A stretch of 12,995 bases of DNA from a bacterium (GTDB lineage Bacteria > Bacillota > Clostridia > Oscillospirales > Oscillospiraceae), in the NCBI GenBank assembly GCA_963597355.1, contig CAVBPR010000002.1, positions 310,001 to 322,995 on the forward strand, read 5' to 3'. Each line of letters starts with the position of its first letter. Positions within the stretch are counted from its first letter, which is position 1. Below are positions 1-8,045 of this stretch, in pieces. The notes under the pieces were generated by a model that saw only the letters and a list, made by a program, of their open reading frames with translations, searched no databases and had not been told where the DNA came from. Made by a program: the position numbers and the translations under genes.

Positions 1-444
1 CCTCGGGGCGGGGAAGACAGCTGTTTTACTACGGATACAGCCGGATCGACGGACTGTGTTATTCGACAGGGAAAAGATTTTACTTTTGTAGCGTATGGTA
101 CGTTAATTTGTGAGGCAATGAAAGCGGCAGAGCGTCTTGCCGGCGAAGGGATTCAGTGTGAGATCGTGAAATTGAATCAGCTTATTCCGTTGGAAGCGGA
201 GAGCGTGTTATCTTCAGTGGAAAAAACCCGCCGTCTTTTGGTGATAGAAGATGTGATTCAGCCTAATTCGGTTGGGCGTGCACTGGCGCATCAACTGGCA
301 GAGCGCAACATAGCAACAGAGAGTATGTGTCTTCTAAGCTCCGGAATTGATTTTGTTCCTCACGGCAGCGTAGGTGAATTACGGGCATTGCTGGGAATTG
401 ATGCAGATTCGATTGTAAAAACAGTAAAAGGAGTGCTCGCATGA
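1..444 (+). CDS. dxs: 1-deoxy-D-xylulose-5-phosphate synthase, C-terminal part (5' end lies outside the window)
   Basis: Frame 1 is open from base 1. The translation (PRGGEDSCF...VIRQGKDFTFVAYGTLICEAMKAAERLAGEGIQCEIVKLNQLIPLE...FVPHGSVGELRALLGID) looks like the transketolase-type C-terminal domain of DXS. The TGA at 442-444 overlaps the next start (ATGA). The dxs-tlyA-(nadK)-argR-recN order is a well-known Firmicute arrangement. Confidence 0.8.
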   Translation, partial: PRGGEDSCFTTDTAGSTDCVIRQGKDFTFVAYGTLICEAMKAAERLAGEGIQCEIVKLNQLIPLEAESVLSSVEKTRRLLVIEDVIQPNSVGRALAHQLAERNIATESMCLLSSGIDFVPHGSVGELRALLGIDADSIVKTVKGVLA

Positions 445-1247
445 AGGGCAAACGCTTAGATTTAAAGTTAGTAGAGTTGGGGTATTTTGAAAGCCGTCAA
501 AAGGCACAAGCCTGCATTATGAGCGGCATTGTGTACGTCAACGATAAAAAAGTCGACAAAGCCGGTTTCACAGTAGCAGATGATGCTACAGTTGAAGTGC
601 GGGGCAAGACACTAAGATATGTGAGCCGCGGCGGGCTAAAACTGGAAAAAGCGATTCATAGTTTTCCAATTGATCTGAACGGTGTCATTGCAATGGATTG
701 CGGCGCTTCCACCGGGGGATTTTCGGATTGCATGCTGCAAAATGGCGCCGAAAAGGTCTATGCAGTTGATGTGGGATATGGACAATTGGATTGGAAGTTG
801 CGAAATGATCCGCGTGTTGTATGTCTGGAGCGCACAAACGCACGATATATGACCCAGGAATTGATCCCGGATCCTCTTGATTTTGTTTCGATCGATGTTT
901 CTTTTATCTCTCTTGCGTTGATTTTGCCAACATTGCGAAAGCTGATGAAACCGACGGGCCAATTGGTTTGCCTGATCAAACCGCAATTTGAAGCGGGGAA
1001 AGAAAAGGTAGGAAAAAAAGGCGTTGTGCGGGATCCGGCCGTTCATCTGGAAGTGGTAGAGCGTTTTTATGACCAGGCGGAGCAATTTGACTTTTCAGTG
1101 CGAGGGATGACCTTTTCGCCGATTCGCGGGCCGGAGGGGAATATAGAGTATCTTGGCTGGCTTAGCGTTGGAGCGGGAAATTCAATTCCGATCGATTTCA
1201 AAGCGCTAGTAGAGCAATCCCACAAAGAGTTGGAGGCAAAATCATGA
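441..1247 (+). CDS. tlyA: TlyA-family rRNA (cytidine-2'-O)-methyltransferase (S4-like N-terminus plus FtsJ-like SAM methyltransferase)
   Basis: 268-aa ORF. The N-terminal KRLDLKLVELGYFESRQKAQACIMSGIVYVN resembles an S4 RNA-binding fold. YVSRGGLKLEKA and the SAM motif DCGASTGGFSDCMLQNGA are present, followed by VSIDVSFISL. Start and stop both overlap the neighbouring genes as ATGA. Confidence 0.88.
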   Translation: MKGKRLDLKLVELGYFESRQKAQACIMSGIVYVNDKKVDKAGFTVADDATVEVRGKTLRYVSRGGLKLEKAIHSFPIDLNGVIAMDCGASTGGFSDCMLQNGAEKVYAVDVGYGQLDWKLRNDPRVVCLERTNARYMTQELIPDPLDFVSIDVSFISLALILPTLRKLMKPTGQLVCLIKPQFEAGKEKVGKKGVVRDPAVHLEVVERFYDQAEQFDFSVRGMTFSPIRGPEGNIEYLGWLSVGAGNSIPIDFKALVEQSHKELEAKS

Positions 1248-2104
1248 AAGTAATCCTTAGTCCGAATCCATACCGTGATCGTGGCCTTAGAACCGCACAG
1301 GCGGCGGCACGGGTTTTGCAGGATGTTGGTGTAGACACTTGCTTTTGCCTTCCTTTTGAACCGGATCCACATTTTGAATTGCCTAAAAATCTTGTATATG
1401 CGGATATCGATTCAGAAATTACAACCGCGGATATGTTGATTTGTTTTGGCGGGGATGGAACTTTGCTCCATGCAGCAAAATTGGCGCATAACTGCGGCGT
1501 ACCTATTATGGGAGTGAATATGGGAAGCGTAGGGTTTATGGCCGAGCTGGAACATGGAGAATTAAAGCAACTTACAAGACTGGCGAAAAAGGATTATAAA
1601 ATAGAGCAGCGGATGATGCTCGATGTTTCTTTGATCCACGAAAAAAGAGAAATTTTTTCTGATGTTGCACTGAATGATGCAGCGATTACAAAGGGAGCGG
1701 TTGCCCGCGTAGTGGAACTGTCAGCTTATGCAGATGGAGAACTTATTTCTTCCATTTCCGGGGATGGAGTAGTTGTTTCCACGCCGACAGGATCTACTGC
1801 GTATTCCTTGTCTGCGGGCGGTCCGGTTGTGGAGCCAACAGCACAAAATATCATTATTACGCCTATTTGCGCCCATGCATTACAGTCGAAATCATTTGTT
1901 TTATCAAAGGATCGCGTTGTCGAAATTCGGATGGGAAAACAAGTGCGCAAGACATCCTATCTTTCCGTGGATGGAGGTCGAGCAGTTCGGCTTTCCAGCG
2001 GTGATATCATTCGCATTAAGATGGCCAAGCAGGGCGTTAAACTGGTTCGTATGACGCAGCGAAGCTTCTATCAAATTTTGCTTTCCAAATTAGGCGAGTC
2101 TTAA
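1244..2104 (+). CDS. nadK: NAD(+) kinase
   Basis: 286-aa ORF with the NAD kinase motifs FGGDGTLLHAA, NDAAITKG and GDGVVVSTPTGSTAYSLSAGGP. It is translationally coupled to tlyA (ATGA at 1244-1247). Confidence 0.93.
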   Translation: MKVILSPNPYRDRGLRTAQAAARVLQDVGVDTCFCLPFEPDPHFELPKNLVYADIDSEITTADMLICFGGDGTLLHAAKLAHNCGVPIMGVNMGSVGFMAELEHGELKQLTRLAKKDYKIEQRMMLDVSLIHEKREIFSDVALNDAAITKGAVARVVELSAYADGELISSISGDGVVVSTPTGSTAYSLSAGGPVVEPTAQNIIITPICAHALQSKSFVLSKDRVVEIRMGKQVRKTSYLSVDGGRAVRLSSGDIIRIKMAKQGVKLVRMTQRSFYQILLSKLGES

Positions 2105-2117
2105 GGAGTAAGCATGT

Positions 2118-2570
2118 ATGAAAGAGCAGCGACAAAAAGCTATTTTATCTCTGATTGAGAATGAAGATTTGGAAGTCCAGGAAGAGCTGTTAGAACGTTT
2201 GCACCAGCTCGGTTTTTCCTGCACACAGGCAACAATCTCAAGGGATATCAAAGAACTGCATCTGATTAAGGAGCGCACCGCAAATGGCACTTACAAGTAT
2301 GTTGTCTCCATTCATCGTGGGCGCACTGATTTAACCAGTCGATTAAAGAATATTTTTCGTGAAGGTGTTATTTCTTACGACCTTGCACAAAATTTGATTG
2401 TGTTAAAGACGATGCCAGGCCTGGCCAGTGCAGCAGCGTCAGCGCTGGATGGCATGAATATTCCCAACATGGTTGGCTCCATTGCAGGCGACGACACAGC
2501 GGTGTTGATTATGCGAACAAATGAGTATGCACAAGAATTCTGCGACGAGATTCGTTTGATGCTGAAATAA
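2118..2570 (+). CDS. argR: arginine repressor ArgR/AhrC
   Basis: 150-aa ORF. It has an N-terminal winged-helix (QEELLERL...GFSCTQATISRDIKELHLIK) and a C-terminal GSIAGDDTAVLIM motif typical of ArgR. AGGAG at 2104-2108 lies 9 nt upstream of the ATG. Confidence 0.93.
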   Translation: MKEQRQKAILSLIENEDLEVQEELLERLHQLGFSCTQATISRDIKELHLIKERTANGTYKYVVSIHRGRTDLTSRLKNIFREGVISYDLAQNLIVLKTMPGLASAAASALDGMNIPNMVGSIAGDDTAVLIMRTNEYAQEFCDEIRLMLK

Positions 2571-2582
2571 GAAGGTGGTTTT

Positions 2583-4298
2583 ATGTTATCGCTTCTCCAT
2601 ATTGAAAATATAGCTCTGATTGAATCTGCCGATGTCTGTTTTGGCGCCGGATTCAATGTGCTAACCGGTGAGACTGGAGCAGGTAAATCCATTATCATCG
2701 ATTCGATCAGCGCAGTATTGGGAGAGCGAATGAGCCGTGATCTTATTCGGACAGGAGTCAAAAATGCATATGTAAGTGCCGTCTTTTCCGGTTTGCCAGA
2801 TCTGGAATGGTTTCATGAAAGAGGAGTTGGGCCGGATAAAAACGGGGAGCTGCTGCTGGAGCGGGAAATTCAAATGGACGGACGGAATATATGCCGTATT
2901 AATTCACGCCCCTTTACCGTAACACAACTTCATGAATTAGGACAGCAACTGCTGAATATTCATGGTCAACACGACGGACAGCAACTTCTAAATGAGGAGT
3001 ATCATCTAAATTATCTGGATCGATTTGGGGCGTTGCAATCTTTATTAGATCAATATCAAACTGCATACCATGCATTCAGTTCAACGCAGCGCGAAATAAA
3101 TGCGCTTCAAATGGATGATGCAGAGAAAAGCAGACGTATAGATCTGCTGTCATACCAGATAAGTGAACTGGAACAGGCAAAACTGAAACCGGGTGAAGAT
3201 AACGAATTAAGCGAAAAAAAGAATATGTTTCGTTCCGCAGGCAAGATGATATCCTCGCTTGATTCAACGGAATATGCTTTAGATGGCGGCGGAGAACAGG
3301 AGGGCGCAATCAGTCAGCTGGCTTCTGCGGCGGATGCGATTGCTCAAGCTGCGAGATATTGCGATGCTGAGAGCAATCAGGGGAAAATATTGTCAAATTT
3401 GGCCGATCGACTGAATCAGATGCGCTATGATGCTTACGATGCTTTGGAGATATGCAGAGATATTAAAGCGGATCTGGATATTTCTCCAGATGAAATTGAT
3501 CGCATGGAAAGTCGTTTGGATTTGCTTTATCGTTTAGGGAAAAAATATGGCAGCTCTGTCGATGAAATGCTTGCATTTTTAGAAAAATGCCGCACGGAAT
3601 TAGATCAAATTCAATGTTCAACGGATCGCATTGCTCATTTGGAGAAAAGATTGTCACAGCAGAGAAAGGATGCAGAGCAACAGGGGAAGTTATTGACAGA
3701 AGCCAGAAAACGGGTAGCGGATCAACTTCAACTGCGGATTCAGCAGGAGCTTTTCGACTTAGATATGCCAAAAGTTCGGTTCGAAGTGCAAATTACTCCC
3801 AAAGAGAATGAAGCAGGCATGGATAACACAGGGATGGATCAAGTGCGTTTTCTCATGTCTGCAAATGTGGGGGAGGACTTAAAACCGATCAATAAAATTG
3901 CATCTGGCGGTGAATTGGCGCGTATTATGCTTGCCTTAAAAAGTGTATTAGCGGAATCAGATGATGTCACCACGATGATATTTGATGAAGTAGACACCGG
4001 CGTCTCGGGTCGAGCGGCGACAAAAGTTGCCCGAAAAATGGCGCAGGTTGCACGGCAGAAACAAATTTTATGCGTTACGCATCTCCCTCAGATTGCTGCG
4101 ATGGCAGATATCCATTTCTTTGTTGAGAAAAAGGAACGTGGAGAAAGAACTTATACGAGTATCTCAAATTTATCTGAGGATGGCAGAGCTTCAGAGATCG
4201 CACGTCTTACAAAAGGAGAGACAATCACAGAAACAGCGTTGAATAGCGCAAAAGAGCTTCTCAAAGAGAGCAAAGAACTTAAGCAAAGCTTTGAATAA
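2583..4298 (+). CDS. recN: DNA repair protein RecN (SMC-like ATPase)
   Basis: 571-aa ORF. It shows LLHIENIALIE...LTGETGAGKSI (Walker A), a long central coiled-coil-like region, and C-terminal ASGGELARIMLALK plus IFDEVDTGVSG (signature and Walker B). SD GAAGGTGG lies upstream of the ATG. Confidence 0.95.
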   Translation: MLSLLHIENIALIESADVCFGAGFNVLTGETGAGKSIIIDSISAVLGERMSRDLIRTGVKNAYVSAVFSGLPDLEWFHERGVGPDKNGELLLEREIQMDGRNICRINSRPFTVTQLHELGQQLLNIHGQHDGQQLLNEEYHLNYLDRFGALQSLLDQYQTAYHAFSSTQREINALQMDDAEKSRRIDLLSYQISELEQAKLKPGEDNELSEKKNMFRSAGKMISSLDSTEYALDGGGEQEGAISQLASAADAIAQAARYCDAESNQGKILSNLADRLNQMRYDAYDALEICRDIKADLDISPDEIDRMESRLDLLYRLGKKYGSSVDEMLAFLEKCRTELDQIQCSTDRIAHLEKRLSQQRKDAEQQGKLLTEARKRVADQLQLRIQQELFDLDMPKVRFEVQITPKENEAGMDNTGMDQVRFLMSANVGEDLKPINKIASGGELARIMLALKSVLAESDDVTTMIFDEVDTGVSGRAATKVARKMAQVARQKQILCVTHLPQIAAMADIHFFVEKKERGERTYTSISNLSEDGRASEIARLTKGETITETALNSAKELLKESKELKQSFE

Positions 4299-4309
4299 AA
4301 TTGAAATCG

Positions 4310-4354
4310 AAAAACACCGACATCAACCCAAGTTGATGTCGGTGTTCTGCTTTT
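4310..4354. terminator. bidirectional rho-independent terminator between convergent recN and gap
   Basis: Perfect 14-bp stem ACACCGACATCAAC (4314-4327) / GTTGATGTCGGTGT (4332-4345) with loop CCAA. It is flanked by AAAAA on the left (a T-run for the - strand) and TCTGCTTTT on the right. Confidence 0.8.
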
Positions 4355-4375
4355 ATAAACTTAGTGCAATTTTGA

Positions 4376-5471
<1,096 letters not shown>

Positions 5472-5652
5472 GAGGGAAACGGAAAATTCAGCGTTTTCAC
5501 GGTAAGAAAAAGCAATATAAAGAAAATACTACCGTTTGAATCGTCAAAACGACGGAGCTATGGATAAATAGTTAAAATAGCAGAACAATATCAAGGAAAA
5601 AGGGACTTTTTCAAAAGTTTTCGGTAAAAATTGTTTCAATTCGTTGTGACAT

Positions 5653-7119
5653 TCAGTTTCTGGAGGAACTTCTCATTTCCTCTAACATGGCATTTTTTAT
5701 ATTCCATAATTTGGGCGATAGATCAACATAATAGCGATGAGGATTTTCAAAGCGCTTTACCTCATCCCATAGGTGAGAAAGTTGATCGGCACAATAGGAG
5801 CGCACGTCATCAATATTTGGCACCTGATAGACCAGCTCACCATGCTGGAAGATTGGCTGCAGAATACTGCGGGCAGTGAAGTTGGTAAAATACTTCTTTT
5901 TCCATGTGTTATCGGGATCAAATAATTCAATTGGCTTGCTGTCGTCAATTTCTTCGTCGTATAGGCACATCACGTCGGCAAACGCTTCACCGCTGGCGTT
6001 ATCATAGAGACGGTAAACCTTTTTGAAATGGGGAGTGGTAATCTTTGCAGCATTCTCACTGATTTTAATTTTGGGAATAATATTGCCTTGCTCATCCTCA
6101 ATTGCTGCAAGTTTATACACGCATCCAAAGACAGGATCACTTTTAGCGGTAATCATGCGCTCGCCAACGCCAAAAGAATCCAGTTTTGCTCCTTGCACCA
6201 GGAGATCACGAATCAAATATTCATCCAGAGAGTTGGACGCTACGATTTTGCACTCAGTTAGTCCGGCATCATCCAACATCTTTCGTGCTTTCCGGGAAAG
6301 GTAGGCCAAGTCACCAGAGTCGATCCGGATTCCGCATTTTGTGATTCCCTTAGGCAACAAAACTTCCTTAAATACCTTAATGGCGTTTGGAACGCCGGAG
6401 TGCAGAACGTTATAGGTATCTACCAGTAGAGTCGCATTGTTTGGGTATAGTTCGCAATAGGCCTTAAATGCCGTGTATTCATCCGGAAACATTTGCACCC
6501 AGGAGTGGGCCATCGTTCCGGTAGCCGGAATAGCGTAATCGCGATCTGCCTGCACGCAAGCGGTACCGGCACATCCACCAATGTAGGAAGCGCGAGCACC
6601 CATAATGGCACCAGAAGCTCCTTGCGCCCGGCGAGAACCAAATTCCGCTACAGGTCGACCTTCTGCAGCGCGCACAATTCGATTTGCCTTTGTTGCAATT
6701 AAGGATTGATGATTAAGTTCCAGTAAAAGGTACGTCTCCAGGAACTGGGCCTGGATTGCAGGTGCCCGGACGGTTAAAATTGGCTCACCGGGGAAAATCG
6801 GTGTCCCCTCTGGAACAGCCCAGATATCGCCGGAGAAGTGGAAGTTTCGTAAATAATCCAAAAAAGGTTCTACAAAACCGCCCTTGCTGCGCAGATATTG
6901 AATATCCTCCTCTGTAAAGTGAAGCGTTTGAATATATTCAATAATTTGTTCCAGACCTGCAGCAATTGCAAAACCTCCGCCATCAGGTACACGGCGGAAG
7001 AAAATGTCAAAATAAGTGATACGATCCTTTAAATCGGTCTGGAAATAACCATTTGCCATGGAAAGTTCATAAAAATCGCATAACATAGTATAATTAATGC
7101 GCTTGGAAGGCGTGTTCAT
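5653..7119 (-). CDS. pncB: nicotinate phosphoribosyltransferase
   Basis: 488-aa ORF. The translation (LCDFYELSMANGYF...FGSRRAQG...TGTMAHSWVQMF...IRIDSGDLAYLS...SNSLDEYLI...FGVGERMIT) matches the NAPRTase family pattern as I know it. SD GAGGAA precedes the ATG at 7119. Confidence 0.92.
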   Translation of the reverse strand: MNTPSKRINYTMLCDFYELSMANGYFQTDLKDRITYFDIFFRRVPDGGGFAIAAGLEQIIEYIQTLHFTEEDIQYLRSKGGFVEPFLDYLRNFHFSGDIWAVPEGTPIFPGEPILTVRAPAIQAQFLETYLLLELNHQSLIATKANRIVRAAEGRPVAEFGSRRAQGASGAIMGARASYIGGCAGTACVQADRDYAIPATGTMAHSWVQMFPDEYTAFKAYCELYPNNATLLVDTYNVLHSGVPNAIKVFKEVLLPKGITKCGIRIDSGDLAYLSRKARKMLDDAGLTECKIVASNSLDEYLIRDLLVQGAKLDSFGVGERMITAKSDPVFGCVYKLAAIEDEQGNIIPKIKISENAAKITTPHFKKVYRLYDNASGEAFADVMCLYDEEIDDSKPIELFDPDNTWKKKYFTNFTARSILQPIFQHGELVYQVPNIDDVRSYCADQLSHLWDEVKRFENPHRYYVDLSPKLWNIKNAMLEEMRSSSRN

Positions 7120-7175
7120 AAAATTTCCTCGTTTCTAGTTTAAAATATAAGTAAAATAAGCAGTTGATTGATGGT

Positions 7176-7204
7176 ATTATAGTCTTGACACCTGTAAAAA
7201 GCAA
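7176..7204 (-). promoter_or_regulatory. probable sigma-A promoter of pncB (TTGCTT-N17-TATAAT)
   Basis: On the - strand the -35 TTGCTT is the complement of 7199-7204. It is followed by an exact 17-nt spacer and a consensus -10 TATAAT (complement of 7176-7181), about 55 nt upstream of the pncB ATG. Confidence 0.55.
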
Positions 7205-7214
7205 GTGTTATGTC
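7185..7214 (+). promoter_or_regulatory. candidate + strand promoter for the 7326 ORF (TTGACA-N18-TGtTATGTC)
   Basis: There is a consensus -35 TTGACA at 7185-7190 and a weak -10 TATGTC at 7209-7214 preceded by TG at 7206-7207. It lies back-to-back with the pncB promoter. Confidence 0.3.
7188..7208. promoter_or_regulatory. imperfect palindrome ACACCTG-N7-CAAGTGT overlapping the pncB -35; candidate repressor operator (NiaR-like?)
   Basis: Arms 7188-7194 and 7202-7208 match 6/7 as an inverted repeat. The GTCTTGACACCTGT context resembles my recollection of the ACACCTGT/ACAGGTGT arms of Firmicute NiaR sites. No position weight matrix was available to score it. Confidence 0.3.
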
Positions 7215-7325
7215 CGTAAACTTGGATCGATGATGTTTCGGGTTTCAGTTGTCCGTCCATAATTTACCCTACTTTTATTTGATCTGCTGGAGTACTGCAT
7301 ATAAGGAAAAGAAAGGAATATCAAA

Positions 7326-7607
7326 ATGAAATCAATAAAAGAATATACCGATTATTTACTGAACTGTCGTATCACAGACGATACCTTCGATCCTGAAAAT
7401 CACGAGGATCACTTAAAAGCATCCTGGGAATTATTTGAAAACTGCCCCTGGGAGGATATATATCCGGTTTGGATGCGGCATCTCCATGGAGGCTGTCATA
7501 CGCCCGCAGATGTGATCAATTTTGTCAACTTAAAGGAAGGGGGTGATACAAAGTGGGCAAAAACAAGAAAAAGCCCAAGACAAATATCGATTACGCAGAA
7601 AAGTTAA
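7326..7607 (+). pseudogene. 5' fragment of a disrupted hypothetical gene (native sequence up to about 7527-7534; the remainder is read-through into the insertion)
   Basis: SD AAGGA lies 8 nt upstream of the ATG. The sequence MKSIKEYTDYLLN...CHTPADVINFV(NL) looks like real protein. The following tail, KEGGDTKWAKTRKSPRQISITQKS, is an out-of-frame reading of the SD site and the Lys-rich start of micro-ORF 7553. Confidence 0.55.
7519..7527 (+). repeat. left copy of the 9-bp direct repeat ATTTTGTCA at the insertion junction
   Basis: Identical 9-mer to 8015-8023. Both copies sit in the same codon phase of the two gene fragments. Confidence 0.6.
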
Positions 7608-7672
7608 TCGACTTTGCCTTGGGCATCTTGGAAGGTGCGGTTTTACTGATACTGGCTAAATACATAAAGTAA
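7553..7672 (+). CDS. 39-aa small protein with a Lys-rich N-terminus and a hydrophobic C-terminal helix (MGKNKKKPKTNIDYAEKLIDFALGILEGAVLLILAKYIK; GTG start)
   Basis: A strong SD (AAGGAAGGGGGTGA) ends 6 nt before the GTG at 7553. An in-frame TGA lies immediately upstream, and the stop TAA is at 7670-7672. The GC-rich hairpin follows 12 nt downstream. Confidence 0.5.
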   Translation: MGKNKKKPKTNIDYAEKLIDFALGILEGAVLLILAKYIK

Positions 7673-7684
7673 AACCTCACACCG

Positions 7685-7709
7685 CTGGGAGGCGGAAACG
7701 CCCTCCCAG
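7685..7709 (+). terminator. GC-rich hairpin after micro-ORF 1 (possible terminator or RNA structure)
   Basis: CTGGGAGG (7685-7692) pairs with CCTCCCAG (7702-7709). A further CG/CG pair with one bulged C closes a GAAA loop. There is no adjacent T-run, so terminator function is uncertain. Confidence 0.35.
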
Positions 7710-7777
7710 TTAATGCCCATTATAACTTTTCTGAGTTCACCCGTCAACAGAAAATCGAAAAAATGGAGGATCAAATC

Positions 7778-7885
7778 ATGAGCACAGTTTTAACAATCTT
7801 GGGGATCGGCATCATCGCCCTTTCCACCGTCCGTTTTCTGCTGTTCTGCGTCAAAGTGCGGAAGGAAAACCACGATGGAGAATGA
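7778..7885 (+). CDS. 35-aa hydrophobic peptide with a charged tail (MSTVLTILGIGIIALSTVRFLLFCVKVRKENHDGE)
   Basis: GGAGGA (7765-7770) lies 7 nt upstream of the ATG at 7778. The product has one predicted transmembrane helix followed by KVRKENHDGE. Its stop overlaps the next ORF's start (ATGGAGAATGA). An in-frame ATG at 7763 has no SD. Confidence 0.5.
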   Translation: MSTVLTILGIGIIALSTVRFLLFCVKVRKENHDGE

Positions 7886-8045
7886 ATACCTTTCCGTTAC
7901 CGAATACGCCGCCAAAGTTGGGCGTAACATCTCCGGGTTAGCCGCCGGGAAACTCCCCGGAATGAAAATATGTATACTACGATGCAGTCAGCAAGAAGAT
8001 TCCCGATCCTTTGGATTTTGTCAGCTATCTTTATTACCGAGTTGA
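7875..8045 (+). pseudogene. truncated excisionase/MerR-type HTH ORF that reads across the insertion junction
   Basis: MENEYLSVTEYAAKVGRNISGLAAGKLPG resembles the start of the short Xis-like HTH proteins of ICEs and prophages. After GKLPG the frame gives implausible sequence (MKICILRCSQQEDSRSFGFCQLSLLPS) and runs into the flanking gene fragment. The stop is at 8043-8045. Confidence 0.4.

Larger units (their letters stand above)
7528..8014 (+). mobile_element. non-autonomous insertion, probably a decayed fragment of an integrative element (two micro-ORFs, a hairpin and a truncated Xis/HTH gene; no recombinase)
   Basis: It is bounded by the 9-bp direct repeat, and removing 7528-8023 restores one 130-codon ORF. 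The interior has its own SD sites. A stretch is richer in G+C: my hand count gives about 55% for 7861-7960 versus about 43% for 8021-8120. The right boundary could instead be near 7967. Confidence 0.45.

Noticed and set aside
636-1085. A 149-aa - strand ORF. Similar antisense ORFs occur at 1067-1372, 2375-2761, 3463-3771 and 6023-6304.
   Set aside because: All are embedded antisense or out of frame within confidently identified genes (tlyA, nadK, argR/recN, pncB). None has an independent start signal.
2514-2527. CGAACAAATGAGTA near the end of argR, a possible LexA (Cheo) box for SOS control of recN.
   Set aside because: Only the left half (CGAAC) fits. The right half is GAGT instead of GTTC/GTTT, giving 3 mismatches. 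It lies inside coding sequence, and no second site is nearby.
7282-7292. The 11-mer ATCTGCTGGAG is present in the leader of the 7326 ORF and again at 9154-9164 in the leader of the AEC permease gene, each about 40 nt upstream of the start codon.
   Set aside because: Roughly 20 exact 11-mer coincidences are expected by chance among all position pairs in a 13-kb window. The flanking bases do not extend the match convincingly.
7528-8014. Terminal inverted repeats of the insertion as evidence for an IS or MITE.
   Set aside because: The match is only 9/12 (AAAGGAAGGGGG versus AAAGGATCGGGA) and the two arms lie at unequal offsets from the direct repeats. There is no transposase. That is too weak to call an IS or MITE, so it is kept only as a note within the split-gene finding.
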